Origin: Octopus vulgaris
Taxonomy: Eukaryota
Length of the DNA: 64,000 nt
Direction of reading: 5' to 3'
Assembly: GCA_951406725.2 (NCBI GenBank)
Contig: OX597814.1
Location: forward strand, 110,298,001-110,362,000
Shown: positions 1 through 11,843 of the stretch, in pieces
Layout of the letters: every line of letters begins with the position of its first letter
Position numbering within the stretch: the stretch's first letter is position 1
The notes under the pieces: generated by a model
Database searches by the model: none
What the model was told of the DNA's origin: nothing
What the model saw: the letters and a program-made list of their open reading frames with translations, nothing else
Made by a program: the position numbers and the translations under genes

Positions 1-87
1 CTTATAAACACCTTCCACGCTGCAATTGTTTTCGTTTCAGCACACGATCTCAGATCAAATTACTTGCTATGCGAGTACATCTCCGTA
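1..87. mobile_element. Probable end of a TA-targeting DNA transposon/MITE, cut by the window edge
   Basis: Non-simple, CpG-retaining sequence ending ...GAGTACATCTCCG-TA before an AT run. It resembles an octopus repeat terminus as recalled; the other end is not visible. Confidence 0.3.
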
Positions 88-99
88 AATATATATATA

Positions 100-485
100 C
101 TAGCAGTATCGCCCGGCGTTGCTCAGGTTTGTAAGGGAAATAACTATAAAGCATTTTTAGAGAGTTATAGCCAAAAAATAGCAAAAAAATGGAAAAAAAT
201 TTATGGTAAATTTTTTTTTGAGATTTAAAAAAGGTGGAGTTGCGTCCCCTAGACAGTTTGTGGTTCGTGTTTCTGATTCTCGACCCCATGTAGAATTTAT
301 CGATTTTTTTCAGAACTGGGGGAACTTTTCAAAATTTTCGCTGTGTTAGTTTTGAATTATGACATTGGGCTATGTGTGTGTCAAGTTTCATCAGAATTGG
401 TTGAAAGCCGTGGTCAGGGTGAGGGTACAAGCAAACAGACACACAGAAACACGCACAGACAAACTGCCGTTTATATAGAGAGAGA
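100..485 (-). mobile_element. Non-autonomous Helitron (Lep1-like)
   Basis: The minus strand starts A|TCTCTCTCTATATAAA and ends ...CCTGAGCAACGCCGGGCGATACTGCTAG|T. This gives a 5' TC, a 3' CTAG, a GC-rich imperfect hairpin ~10 nt before the end, and insertion between A and T with no TSD. Confidence 0.8.
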
Positions 486-654
486 TATATATATATATAT
501 ATTTTGTGAAATAGAAAGATGAATAATCTTGTTGCAGATTAATCAAAAGTTTAACCGATACCTTGGTAGCAAAAATCACAGCAGAAGACAGCACGGTTGG
601 AGGTACAACCATATGGTGTTGCAACCGTGCGTTGGTGCGGATAATTGAATTTTA

Positions 655-802
655 ATATTATTAGTGAATTGAAGAAATGGAGTTGAACGAAGATTGAACA
701 GAAATCGTTTTATTGCATAAAACGATTTCTGTTCAACGATTGCATAAAACGATTTCTGTTCAATCTTCATTCAACTCCATTTCTTCAATTCACTAATAAT
801 AT
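655..802. repeat. Long near-perfect inverted repeat (59-bp arms) with internal 25-bp tandem duplication
   Basis: 655-713 is the reverse complement of 744-802 with 1 mismatch. ATTGCATAAAACGATTTCTGTTCAA occurs at 712-736 and 739-763. Confidence 0.92.
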
Positions 803-1519
803 ATATATATATGTATATATATATGTATATATATATGTATATATGTATGTATATATGTATGTATATATATATGTATATATATATGTATATATGTATATAT
901 ATATGTATATGTATGTATATATGTATGTATATATGTATATGTATATATATATGTATATGTATATATATATATGTATATGTATATATATATATGTATATGT
1001 ATATATATATGTATATGTATATATATATATGTATATGTATATATATATGTATATGTATATATATATGTATATGTATATATATATGTATATGTATATATAT
1101 ATGTATATATATGTATATATGTATATATATATGTATATGTATATATATGTATATATGTGTATATATATGTGTATATATATATATATATGTGTGTATATAT
1201 ATATATATATATGTGTATATATATATATATATATGTGTATATATATATATATGTGTGTATATATATGTGTGTATATATATATATATATGTGTATATATAT
1301 ATATATGTGTGTATATATATGTATATATGTGTATATATATGTATATATGTGTATATATATATATATATGTGTATATATATATGTATATATGTGTATATAT
1401 ATATGTATATATGTGTATATATATGTATATATGTGTATATATATGTATATATGTGTATATATATATATATATATATGTGTATATATATGTATGTATATAT
1501 GTCTATATATGTATATATA
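799..1519. repeat. Compound (TA)n/(TATG)/(TGTA) microsatellite, ~720 bp
   Basis: Almost entirely TA with interspersed G; the source of the I/Y/H/T-rich ORFs at 785-1573. Confidence 0.97.
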
Positions 1520-2094
1520 AACTTCAATATGAATAGAAGATTGATTATAATTATTAGAAGTTGTTAATTTCAATTTGAGACTTCACAAGTCTAATTTATT
1601 ACAGTAGGTGTAAAATTATTAATTACATCCAGAAAGCAATATTTTTCTCTCCTCCTTCTGCTTCCAATAAATAGCACTTCCAGATTATTTTCTCATTCTT
1701 GTTCTGTTAATTTGAGTCCAAAGTTGATTTTTACCTTTCACCCATCTGAGGGTTGACAAAATAAGAATCACTTCAATTACTGGGTTAACCTTTATTATTA
1801 TTAATGCTGTGATTGAGAAGACCCGGCAAGTAAAGTGAGATCACAGCCATAGCCTACATCAGTGTCACATAAGCAGCCCATTTAAAAAGTACCTTTGGAC
1901 CTTTGGGCAACACGCTGTGCTTGAGGAGACCTAGTGAGTCAGGTAAAATAAAAATAAAAAATCAAATCAAAATCAAAATGGAAATTGTAGTTGTGGCTGA
2001 TGCCAGTGCCACCTGACTGGCTGCCTGTGCCGGTAGCATGTAAAAAGCACCATCAAACGTAGCTGATGCCAGTGCTGCCTGACTGGCTCCTGTT

Positions 2095-2370
2095 ATTGTT
2101 TGTTCCTTCTCAAGCCATGGCTGGCTCATAAGGGCCGGTTTCCCGGTTTCTTGGCATATAGGTTCCCCACCTGGACGGGACACCGGTCCATCACAGGTGA
2201 GCTGCAAGATGCAGGAGGAAAGAGTGAGAGAAAGTTGTGGCGAAAGAGTCAGTCGCGTGGAGCTTAGGTATTTCGCTCATAAACACACACATCGTCCGGT
2301 CTGAGATTTGAACCTACGATCCCTCGACTGCGAGTCTGCTGCTCTAACCACTAGGTCATGTGCCTCTACA
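2095..2370 (-). mobile_element. tRNA-derived SINE (CORE/V-like family)
   Basis: Minus head GAGGCACATGACCTAGTGGTTAGAGC (A box) ... GGTTCAAATCTC (B box). It sits inside an RTE-tail repeat. Confidence 0.75.
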
Positions 2371-2460
2371 CTGGCTGGTGTACACGTAAAAAGCATCCAC
2401 TACACTCTTGGAGTGGTTGGCGTTATGGAAGGACATACAGCTGTAGAAATATTGCCAGAT

Positions 2461-2698
2461 AAGTGAAGGTGGCAAGATGACAGAAACATTAGCATGCCGG
2501 GTGAAATGCTTAGAGGTATTTCGTCTGCTGTTATGTTCTGAGTTCAAATTCCACAGAGGTCGACTTAGCCTTTTATCCTTTCAGGGTCGATAAATTAAGT
2601 ACCAGTTATGCACTGGTGTCAATGTAATTGACTTAATCCCTTTGTCTGTCCTTGTTTGTCCCCTCTATGTTTAACCCCTTGTGGGCAATAAAGAAATA
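2461..2698 (+). mobile_element. SINE family A, nested in an RTE 3'-tail repeat
   Basis: GTTCTGAGTTCAAATTCC B box followed by GCCTTTTATCCTTTCAGGGTCGATAAATTAAGTACCAG. TSD AGAAA(T/C)ATTGCCAGAT at 2445-2460 and 2699-2714. Confidence 0.9.
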
Positions 2699-3039
2699 AG
2701 AAACATTGCCAGATCAGACTGGAGCCTGGTACGGCTTCCTGGCTTGCCAGTCCCCAGTCAAACTGTCCACCCCATGCCATCATAGAAACCGGACATTAAA
2801 TGATGATGAAGATATTATTATTATTACTATTATTATTATTAAGTCTTTACTTCTGAGTTCAAATCTCACTAAGGTTGACTTTGCCTTTCATCCTTCCTGA
2901 ATCAATAAAGTAAGCACCAACTGGGCACAGGGAGTGGGGGGTCCAACCGACCCTCCTCCCTCAAAATTTCAATTTCAGGTTTTGTGCCTTCAGTAGAAAG
3001 AATGTGTTTTTTTTTGTTTTTTTTTTTAATGTTCAAAGG

Positions 3040-3620
3040 ATTTGTCTGCAATGTTCTCTTCTCAATATGTGTAGGATGATGATAGTTGAGCTGAGTCAAT
3101 GGGGGTGGCCTTCTTTGGGAATGGGACTAAAACATAAAGATCAGGGTAGATGCCTAGAGAACGAGTGAGTGAAAAGTTTAATGAGTATAAGAGTTAGCTC
3201 TAAGGTTGTGTTTGTGTGTGATGGAAGGAATATTGTCAGGGTCAGTGGCCTTGATGGTTTAAAGCAGGAGCCCCCAACTTTTTAGACCATCAACCCCTTC
3301 ATGGAATCCTTGACCCTACATCGACTCCCCCCAGGTATGTACAAAAATAATTATAATTAGGTAGGTGTCCATCTATTGACCGCTTGAATTGTCCCAGCAA
3401 CCACTTTGGAGACCCCCTAGTTTAAAGCAACTGAAGATATTTTAGTATTTGATGTGTGCCTGGTGGAGTGGAAAGAGATAGATTTTAGAGACTTTCCAAG
3501 AGGTGGATGATGGCAGCAAACATAGAGGCTTTCTCCATGGGAGTTACACCTCAATGGAGGTACTGCTGGTCATCAAGCCATTATTGTTGGAGAATGGAGG
3601 AAAAGATTTTGTGAAAGTGA
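3040..3620 (-). pseudogene. Old CR1/Jockey-like LINE RT N-terminal relic, interrupted by a hAT MITE
   Basis: Degenerate minus translation ELTLILIKLFTHSFSRHLP*SLCFSPIPKEGHPH resembles the ELAPILSKLFN...PIPKKGDP region preceding the RT domain. Confidence 0.5.
3265..3419. mobile_element. hAT-type MITE
   Basis: Termini CAGGAGCCCCCAA ... TTGGAGACCCCCTA. Perfect 8-bp TSD GTTTAAAG at 3257-3264 and 3420-3427. Confidence 0.85.
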
Positions 3621-4129
3621 TGTCCTTTCAGGGTCGATAAATTAAGTACCAGTTATGCACTGGGGTTGATGTAATCAACTTAATCCCTTTGTCTGTCCTT
3701 GTTTGTCCCCTCTATGTTTAGCCCCTTGTGGGTAATAAAGAAATAAGATGCTTTCTTTCATTTTTCTTTTTTTTACCATTGGTTACAATAGTGATACTAA
3801 ACCCCTAAATGGTTTACAATAAAGTTTGAGATCTAAAATATATTTTGTTTTATACAATTAATGCCGTTTATATTTTGTTAAAAACAAAGGATTAGAGCTT
3901 ATCTCTTGCTTTTAACCTTTACTTATAACCTTCATGGATTTGTGAAAGAGAGCAACAGAAGAAAAGAAAGCTAGAAGGATAAAGACAGAGAGGGATAAAG
4001 AGAGATGGACATTTAGGCAGAAATAAATGTTTAAGTAATACATGCTTTTAAAAGTGAATGAATAAGTGAATGGAAAATGGAGAGAAAAGAATTGTCCAAA
4101 ATGGAAAATAAAGCCATGAATTATCATCA

Positions 4130-4460
4130 GTATCATCATCATCATTTAACATGTGTCTTCCATGCTGTTATGAGTTGGATGGTTTGATAGGATCCAGTGA
4201 GCCAGAAGACTGCATCAAGTCCCAATATCTGGTTTGGCATGGTTTCTATGGCTGGGTTCCCTTCCTAATACCAGTCTTTAGCACCCAGTGGGTGCTGTTT
4301 ACGTGGCACTGGGACTGGTGAGGTCACCAGGTAATTCACAAGACAAAGAAAACCACCCGATGACTGAATGGGGTTGCTGTAGAGAGGAGGGGCGACTTTA
4401 TAGCAAGTGTTGAGATGCCAAGGTATGATAGAGGTGCAGGCCTGGGTGGCTTGATATGGA
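4130..4460 (-). mobile_element. RTE LINE 3'-terminal fragment (family C, (GAT)n tail)
   Basis: CATCATCATCATTTAAC...CATGCT...GGTTTCTATGGCTGG...CCTTCCTAA. The same family recurs about 20 times in the window. Confidence 0.7.
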
Positions 4461-5591
4461 GAAGATACATGGCTACCCCTTTTATAGATCTGAAAAGGAG
4501 CAAAAAGGAAGAGCCAGAGAATGAACTTGTACCAAACTTATCATTGAAGACAATTCTTTAGAAGTCTTTGATCTAGAAAGCATATTCTGTTAGTGAAAAC
4601 GAAATGGAAGAATTTATTACTATAATTCTGAATATGGATTTGGTCTCCAAACAAATGAATAAAGTTCTATAAGTCACATCAATCAATATCGTAGGAAATA
4701 TTCTGAGCTGATTGATTGATTGATTTAGATTTGTAGTTTCTTCTTAAATCCATTTGTATGTTAAGATTATCTTTGCTGCAGAATGCAGTTTGTGTGTCAG
4801 TGTTTGCTACAATTATGGACTACGTACATACTATAACCTGTAGAACGCCCACACAAACAAGTCAACAGAAGGAGCGTCTATAGGGTCATTTGATCTGTTA
4901 GAAATAGCAGCTAAACCTCCCTCACATCACACCTTAGCAGACAGATTAGATAATGTGGTAATGGGTTCCCTGCTCACAGGAAAATAATGAGACAGTCATG
5001 GATGGAAGGTCGGAGTGTCTTTGATCATAAGTCTGCTCAATTAGGAGTGACCTTGGTTTAAACAACAATAACCACATCGTGACAGTGTAGTATTGAAAGA
5101 GAAAGTGTTTAAATGTACAAGAAACAGTTTATTGCTGCAAAACACACACACACACACATAATGTGTGTGTGTGTGTGCACTCATTGCCTGCAGCTACTTG
5201 CATGATAATACCTACCAACATTCAAACATATCTTATAGCACTACTGCAACACATGCACACACACACACTCATTGCCTGCAACTCTATGCACAATCACGCC
5301 TTGTAGACATATCCACAACACACCAAACCACTCCTACTACAAAACACATACACATGCACACACTTGCCCATTCATATACATGCAATCACACACACACATA
5401 AATTGTCTGCAATAACCTACGCAGTCACACTGCACTGTCACCACTGCAACACAAACTGCTTTAATTTTCTGTAACAAATTTTTTTAGTTGCCTGACTAAT
5501 ACAGGCCTCTAACCATGACCAACCACCCTGGCCTATTTCTACCATATTTATCATAATCAGTCCTTAGTCATCCAATATATTCAACCATTTT

Positions 5592-5811
5592 AAGGCAGCA
5601 AACTGGCAGAAATGTTAGCACGCCGGGCAAAATGCTTAGCAGTATTTCATCTGCCTTTACGTTCTGAGTTCAAATTCCACCTAGGTCAACTTTGCCTTTC
5701 ATCCTTTCGGGGTTCGGGGACGATGAATTAAGTACCAGTTACATCCTGGCCTAATCTAATTGACTGGCTCTCTCCCCCAAAATTTCAGGCCTTGTACCTA
5801 GAGTAGAAAAG
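5592..5811 (+). mobile_element. Full-length SINE family A with 18-bp TSD
   Basis: AAGGCAGCAAACTGGCAGAAATGTTAGC head and a B box. TSD AATATATTCAACCATTTT at 5574-5591 and 5812-5829. Confidence 0.92.
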
Positions 5812-5854
5812 AATATATTCAACCATTTTTTAAAGATAGTTAGAGTGACATATC

Positions 5855-6220
5855 TTTTACTTATTTCAGTCACTAAACTGTGGCCATGCTGGGGCACCAC
5901 CTTAAAGAATTTGGGTCGAATGAATCAACCCCAGTAATTATTTTTTTCTTTTAAGCCTGTTACTCTTTTGCTGAATGGCTAAGTTACACACTAACACCGG
6001 TTATCAAGCATTGGTGAGGGACACATACAAAGGCACATACACACACACACATATATATAGAGAGATGTGATGGGCGTCTTTTGATTTCCATCTACCACTC
6101 ACAAAGCTTTGGTCAGCCTAAGGGTATAGTAGAAGGCACTTGCCCAAGGTGCCATGCAGAGGGACTGAACCCAGAACCATGCGGTTGGGGAAGAAACTTC
6201 TCAGCACACAGCCATGCTTG
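5855..6220 (-). mobile_element. SINE family B (tRNA head, internal TA/TG microsatellite)
   Basis: Minus head GGCTGTGTG...GGTTCTGGGTTCAGTCCC...CACCTTGGGCAAGTG. Same family as 45833-46560 and 53557-53938. Confidence 0.85.
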
Positions 6221-6342
6221 AGTTGCTATTTCTAAAAGGTGAATCCAGTTGACGATATGGCTTTGATGTTGAGCCCCTCAGAATCTCAAACATATTCTGA
6301 GGTCTGAAGGAATCACAGCACTCACCACTATATACTGCTGCT

Positions 6343-7186
6343 GGGGCTAATGCTGTTTCACATCTCTCCTTGAAAAATCCTTTTTTTTTTTTTGAAAATA
6401 TTTTTTTCAGATTCCTACATTTTAGATGTCAGAGATTACGAAGATGCAAAACAAAAAAAATACTTTTTTATCTCCCCCCCCCTCTCCCCATTTAACATTT
6501 TGATTTTGTTTACTTTAAAGAAATCGTAGCGAATTGAAGAACATATGCAAATCGAAATTAAATCCAGACAAAAACATTAAAGTGAAAAGAATTTGCATTT
6601 TGCTTGTGTTTATAATCGTAAATAATAATTTAATGTAAATTAAATATGCACCATTTTATGAGAAACAAATATTAATGTTTAACAATTAAAATTATAAAGT
6701 TTAATAAGGAGCTTAAATTTCATCCCCTCCCCCAATTTTAAATTTTGAACTTTTTCATCCATTTATTTATTTGTCTGTCTATCTATTTATCCCTGTCCGT
6801 TTATTCATAAAATATATTTGTCAACTAAATGTGGCGGTTCTATAGAAGACGGTGTTACTGCTGTTTTTAGCCCCAGGAAGACATTCCTATCTATCTATCT
6901 ATCTATCTATCTATCTCTTTATACACATATTTATATGCTTATTGAATTTAAAAGTTTGAAAACGTGGTTTCTTGTATATTCGGAATCTCTGTCATCTAAA
7001 ACACAGGAAAAAAAAAGTTTCGGAAAAAGTTCAAAATTTTAAATTGGGGTGGTGTGAGGGAGAAACTTTAAAAAAAATTTTTTTTTGCATATTCATAATC
7101 TCTGACATCTAAAATGTAGGAATCCGACAAAATATTTTCAAAAACAATGCATTTTTCAAGAAGAGGTGTGAAACTGCATTAGCCCC
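6343..7186. mobile_element. Unclassified MITE with long (~170 bp) terminal inverted repeats
   Basis: GGGGCTAATGCTGTTTCACATCTCTCCTTGAAAAAT...GATTCCTACATTTTAGATGTCAGAGATTA is mirrored by ...TAATCTCTGACATCTAAAATGTAGGAATC...GTGTGAAACTGCATTAGCCCC. Possible degenerate 8-bp TSD CTGCTGCT/CTGTTGCC. Confidence 0.85.
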
Positions 7187-7302
7187 CTGTTGCCAATACT
7201 GCCAAATACCCAGAATTTAGAAATTGACTGGAATCAGGGCAGTTTTGATGCCAACCTGCCTCCAACTGACACTTGTTCTGTGTTACGCTCTTTCTGTTTT
7301 AA

Positions 7303-7545
7303 CCCATTCATGCCAATCGTCTGTTTAAACTGACCCTTAATTTATAAGGGTATAAAACAAATACTTGGTACAAATTGTGATTTGTGTATGATCTGTATCA
7401 AAGAATGAAACATGTCCTTAACGCATATGCAGTCTGTATCAAATGGATTTCAATGACATTTTTCTTCAGTTGTTATTTAGATCAAAATCATATTTGTGAA
7501 TTTTCAGGCAATTTCATTCACTAGAAAAATTTTGGCACAAATGGG
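7303..7545. mobile_element. piggyBac-type MITE
   Basis: TTAA|CCCATTCATGCCAA ... TTGGCACAAATGGG|TTAA. Confidence 0.8.
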
Positions 7546-7604
7546 TTAAAGTGATCTAAACTTTATATTCATTGTTCCAGTTTGGTCATTAACCTTTTTG
7601 TTAT

Positions 7605-7915
7605 CATTCGAGCATTGGGCCTCATGGAAGCAGTAACAGGTGACCAAGACTTTTGGTGATACACCATGCTTGTGTAGACCTGTCAAGCCAAGTGAGACCG
7701 TAACCATGGTCGATGTCAGTATCAGGTCAATGGCATGTAAAAAAAACACCCACTACACTCTCGGAGTGGTTGGCGTTAGGAAGGGCATCCAGCCGTAGAA
7801 ACCTTGCCAAATCAGATTGGATCCTGGTGCAGCCCCCTGGATTACCAGTTTTCAGTCAAACCATCCAACCCATGCCAGCATGGAAGGCAGACGTTAGATG
7901 ATGATGATAATGATG
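7605..7915 (+). mobile_element. RTE LINE 3' end (ORF2 C-terminus + 3'UTR + (GAT)n tail)
   Basis: Degenerate RALGLMEAVTGDQDFW*YTMLV*TCQAK* matches the C-terminus seen at 28230-28285. It is followed by GGTTGGCGTTAGGAAGGGCATCCAGCCGTAGAA and a GAT tail. Confidence 0.8.
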
Positions 7916-8066
7916 ATGGTGGTGATGGTTTCTGTTGAAATATCCTGACTTTGTTTCAATTCATTTTTTAGAATTTAATAAAATACCTTTGTCATCATTA
8001 AGCTGGTGTTTGGAAAATAAATTGACGTGAAATTTGGAGGGGTAATTTTAATATGAATCACTTTAA

Positions 8067-8269
8067 TTCTTTTGTTACCTTATTTCTCTTGAAATACACT
8101 GCCTCCATTTCAGAAGAAATTAGTAAAATAACTGTCATTATTAAACTAGTGTTTTGGAACATAAATTAATACGAAATTTTGAGGAAAGATTTTAATCTAG
8201 GTCATTTAAAATCAGGGAGTTTGTATCCTAGAACCAAGAGTAGTTTCAGGTGGATTGGAATTAAAAGGG
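8067..8269. mobile_element. piggyBac-type MITE family 1
   Basis: TTAA-flanked, ends AAAAGGG|TTAA; homologous to 47457-47677. Confidence 0.7.
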
Positions 8270-8788
8270 TTAATTTATTCTTCATTCATTTGGAAGGACA
8301 TCCAGCTATAGAAACTATGCCAAAGTTTTTAGCCTGCCAGATCCTGTGAAACTGCCCAAACCATGCCAGCATGGGAAATGGGTATGAAATGAAGATAGTG
8401 GTTGACATATTTGGTGCCACATGAAATGCACTCATGCTGGTGCCACATAAAAAGCACCTTGTGCTGACATCACATAAAAAGCTCCTGTGCTAATGCCACA
8501 TAAAACCCCCCACTACACTCTGTAAAGTGGTTGGCTTTAGCAAGGGCATCCAGCCATAGGAACCATTCCAGAACAGACAAATGGAGCCCAGTGTAGCTCT
8601 CTGACCAGCCATCCAACCCATGCCAGCATGGAAAACTAACATTAAATGATGATGATGATCTACATATTTGCGTACTTCTACACCCAATATAACTTATATT
8701 GTAAACATTTGATTTGCTTTTTCTTTTTTATTTGTAATTAGTTCACAAAGACTAAAAATAAGCCAAAAAAATCAACCGGAATTAACAG

Positions 8789-8790
<2 letters not shown>

Positions 8791-8828
<38 letters not shown>

Positions 8829-8853
8829 TCTCTCTCACTCCGTCTCTCTCTCA

Positions 8854-8895
<42 letters not shown>
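8791..8895. repeat. (CA)n-(CT)n microsatellite
   Basis: Direct reading. Confidence 0.95.
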
Positions 8896-8898
<3 letters not shown>

Positions 8899-9522
8899 CA
8901 ATATGTCAGACAATCAAAGAGATAATATTCTTAGATCCAGTTAGCTTCCAGAACATATCTGTACAAATATAAAATAATGATAAATGAAAAAAAGAAATGT
9001 AACAAAGATATTGATCTTTGAAAGGAAGACAACAGTTTGATGAGAAAGAATGGTAATACACAGATAAGTATAAGTAGGTTAATGGTTCCACTTACTCTGT
9101 TACCATGTTACCTAGTTCTACAGATGCAGATATGACTCCAGATTTCCAGGAATCATCCAGATTTATAGCTTTATTAATTGTTTCTAATTTAGAACCAGCA
9201 ATTTTGAGAGGAGGGTGATCAATCGATCACATAGCATTCAGTACTTGACTGGTATTTTCTTTTAGGCACCAACATGGCTACGTGGTCAAGAAGTTTGCTT
9301 CCCAACACATGGTTTTCAGTTCAGTGCTATTGCGTGGCATCTTGGGCTAATGTCTCCTAATATAGCTCCAGACTGACCAAAGTCTTACAAGTGGATTTGG
9401 TTGATGGAAACTGAAAGAAGCCTGTTGTTTATGTTTGTGTACTTTTCTTGACATTGTATGATAGTCGTAAATGAGTGTCACTCATATAAGAAGTATCATT
9501 AATTTCCAACAATCTGCTAAAG

Positions 9523-10784
9523 CAGCTCTTCTTAAACTATGGGTTGTGACCCCACTTGGGGTTGCGGAGTGAAATGTTGGGGTCGCGAAAATTAAATTCA
9601 AACACATATGTTAATTCACAAATGCATATTTAACCCTTTCGTTACCAAACCACCCAAAGCCGCCCGAAAAAAAATTTGGTTAATGTGACAAAGCCGCCCG
9701 AATTTACCTATTCATATTTAAATGAGAATATCAGAGCAAATCTCTTTAGTACATTCGTGAAAACACGTGATTATATTTCGTAAACAGTTCATCTACAGTT
9801 TTGTACAACGATCGACGTGTAATTTTAATTCCCTGAATTTTGGGAGATTTTTTTTCCACATTTTTTTCAGCATCGATTTTTCTTCAACTTTGAAAATGGA
9901 TTGGAGTTTCATGTTATCAAGCATTGATTCCGAATTGGAAAATTTGTGAAGCAAATACTGGGTACTGTTGTGGATTTAGTTTTTATACAGAGAAACTAAT
10001 GTTAGTCAGCATGGCTTAGGGTATGATGTGGTCTGGAAGTTATTGTTTGAAGCGATCAATGCGGAAACAAACTTACGCAGAATGTAAACAAACACAAAAT
10101 GGGGGTTCAAATTTCGGAAAATTTGTGAAGCAAATACTGGGTCCTGCATGGATTTAGTTTTTATACAGGGAAAATAATGTTAGTCAGCATGGACTAGGGA
10201 ACGATGTGGTCTGGAATTTATCACTTCCATACCATAACCAGGGCCGTATATTATTTTTTGACCGATTTCTTTAGTTCGGTCAAACTTGCGGTGGATTCCA
10301 GTATTTCACTTTATTCCACCTTTATGGTACACATGTTGTGCATTAAATTCAACTGATGATATAGTGATGTGCACAATTCTTATTTATCAAAATTTTGTTG
10401 CATACCCATTTGAATATTAGCTGATGATTCATTTTCTATGCTGATGTTTAAACAAAATTTTAATATTTTTACCTTTTGCTCAATTTACCTGGATTTACCT
10501 GTAATTAAAGTCACTTTGAGAGAAAAGTTATGCAATAGAATTGATTAAGAACCCTTTCTTTAATTATGTTCCAAATATCACATTAATATGTTGATAAGTA
10601 AAAAAAGTTACAGTTATTTAATGAAACAAGCCTAGATTCATGATTATTTTAGAATTTAATTAAAACTCATGAGGGGTGTATTTTGGTCAGACATATAGTA
10701 ACGAAAGGGTTAATACCTGGGGTCACGAAAAATCTTGTGATGGAGAATGGGGTTTGTGAATGAAAAAAAATCTGAGAAGTGCTG
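9523..10784. mobile_element. hAT-type MITE interrupted by piggyBac, itself inserted into a SINE (9265-10920)
   Basis: CAGCTCTTCTTAAACT ... TCTGAGAAGTGCTG termini. 8-bp TSD TGCTAAAG at 9515-9522 and 10785-10792. Internal GGGGTCGCG motifs typical of Charlie-like MITEs. Confidence 0.85.
9634..10709 (+). mobile_element. Internally deleted piggyBac transposon with transposase relic
   Basis: TTAA|CCCTTTCGTTAC ... GTAACGAAAGGG|TTAA. Frameshifted peptide TKWGFKFRKICEANTG..GFSFYTGK..HGLGNDVVWNLSLPYHNQGRILFFDRF.SSV (~10093-10295) matches the piggyBac catalytic region. Part of it is duplicated at ~9935-10045. Confidence 0.92.
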
Positions 10785-11207
10785 TGCTAAAGCCTGTCTA
10801 GCGACATGAAAATATTACCTTGTTTGGAAACAGGAAAGGCATCCCAGTGTAGAAATATGTCTCACTGAATTCCATTGAACCCATGCAAAACATGGAAAAG
10901 TGGATGTTGAAACAATGAGGAAGATACATGAGAGGCATTCCTGCAGTTTCTGTAAGTTGAGATAGAACTCAGAACCACATGGTTACAAACCAAACTCTGG
11001 GTTCCACACAACTACACCTGCACCTGTTTTAATGTTCTAAAAACATCAAACATTATGAGATTGAGGTGTGAAATTTTCCATTGAGAAGTTTTTGTTTTCT
11101 CTTCCACAGAATTTCTTATATTCTTCATGATCCTGTTGAAGAAACACCAAAGACAAAGAAATAACTCCTGGACCTATTTTCTTTATTTTGGTTACAATCT
11201 CCTTAAT

Positions 11208-11612
11208 CCTTCAGCATTTAAACTGGCCTCATCCAACCCAAGTATTCAGCTTGTTTTATGTCCAAACTGACCAGATCTAGCCTCTCACACACACCCTACA
11301 ATGCCATTCTAAAAAAAAAAAAGCAACAGACTAATGCATGATTAATTCAAAACAATATGAATAAATATTGGTTTCAAATTTTGGTACAAGGCCAGCAATT
11401 TTGGGGAAGGGGCTTGTCAGTTACATTGGCCCCTAACGCTCAACTGGTACTTATTTTATTGACCCTGAAATGATGAAAGGCAAGGTACAACCTCAGTGGA
11501 ATTTGAACTCAGAATGTAAAGATGGGTGAAATGCTGCTAAGCATTTTGTCCAGCATGCTAACGATTCTGCCAGCTTGCTGCCCTAAATATGAATAAATTT
11601 TACATTTGACAG
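11208..11612. mobile_element. piggyBac-type MITE family 2, interrupted by SINE A (11367-11585, minus)
   Basis: Homologous to 17416-17634. SINE TSD AATATGAATAAAT at 11354-11366 and 11586-11598. Confidence 0.75.
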
Positions 11613-11619
11613 GGGGTTA

Positions 11620-11843
11620 CCCCCTTTTGATACCAACCCACCTTAAACTGCTCCTGTTTCTGTAACAGAACCATTTTATAGTGATCTCAATTAAAACTTT
11701 CCATCAAAATTTTGTATCAGCTTATGTTCCAGCCACTAGCTTCATAATGGCAAAAATTAATTTACTTCTAAATTCTTCATTATTTTCAAAACGAATTGAG
11801 ACACAGGTAGCATATTTCGTCAGAAATTTACTCCGAAAAAGGG
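11620..11843. mobile_element. piggyBac-type MITE family 1
   Basis: CCCCTTTTGATACCAACC ... AAAAAGGG|TTAA. Confidence 0.75.

Noticed and set aside
785-1573. Five long ORFs (198-262 aa)
   Set aside because: They are translations of a TA/TG microsatellite that lacks stop codons. The same applies to 16646-17431, 30603-30993, 45928-46550 and 49735-50647.
8920-9180. Possible two-exon minus-strand peptide (…NLDDSWKSGVISASVELGNMVTE|YVLEANWI*) with a GT-AG intron at ~8959-9096
   Set aside because: The upstream part runs into a SINE tail with no credible acceptor, and the peptide is not recognisable; probably chance.
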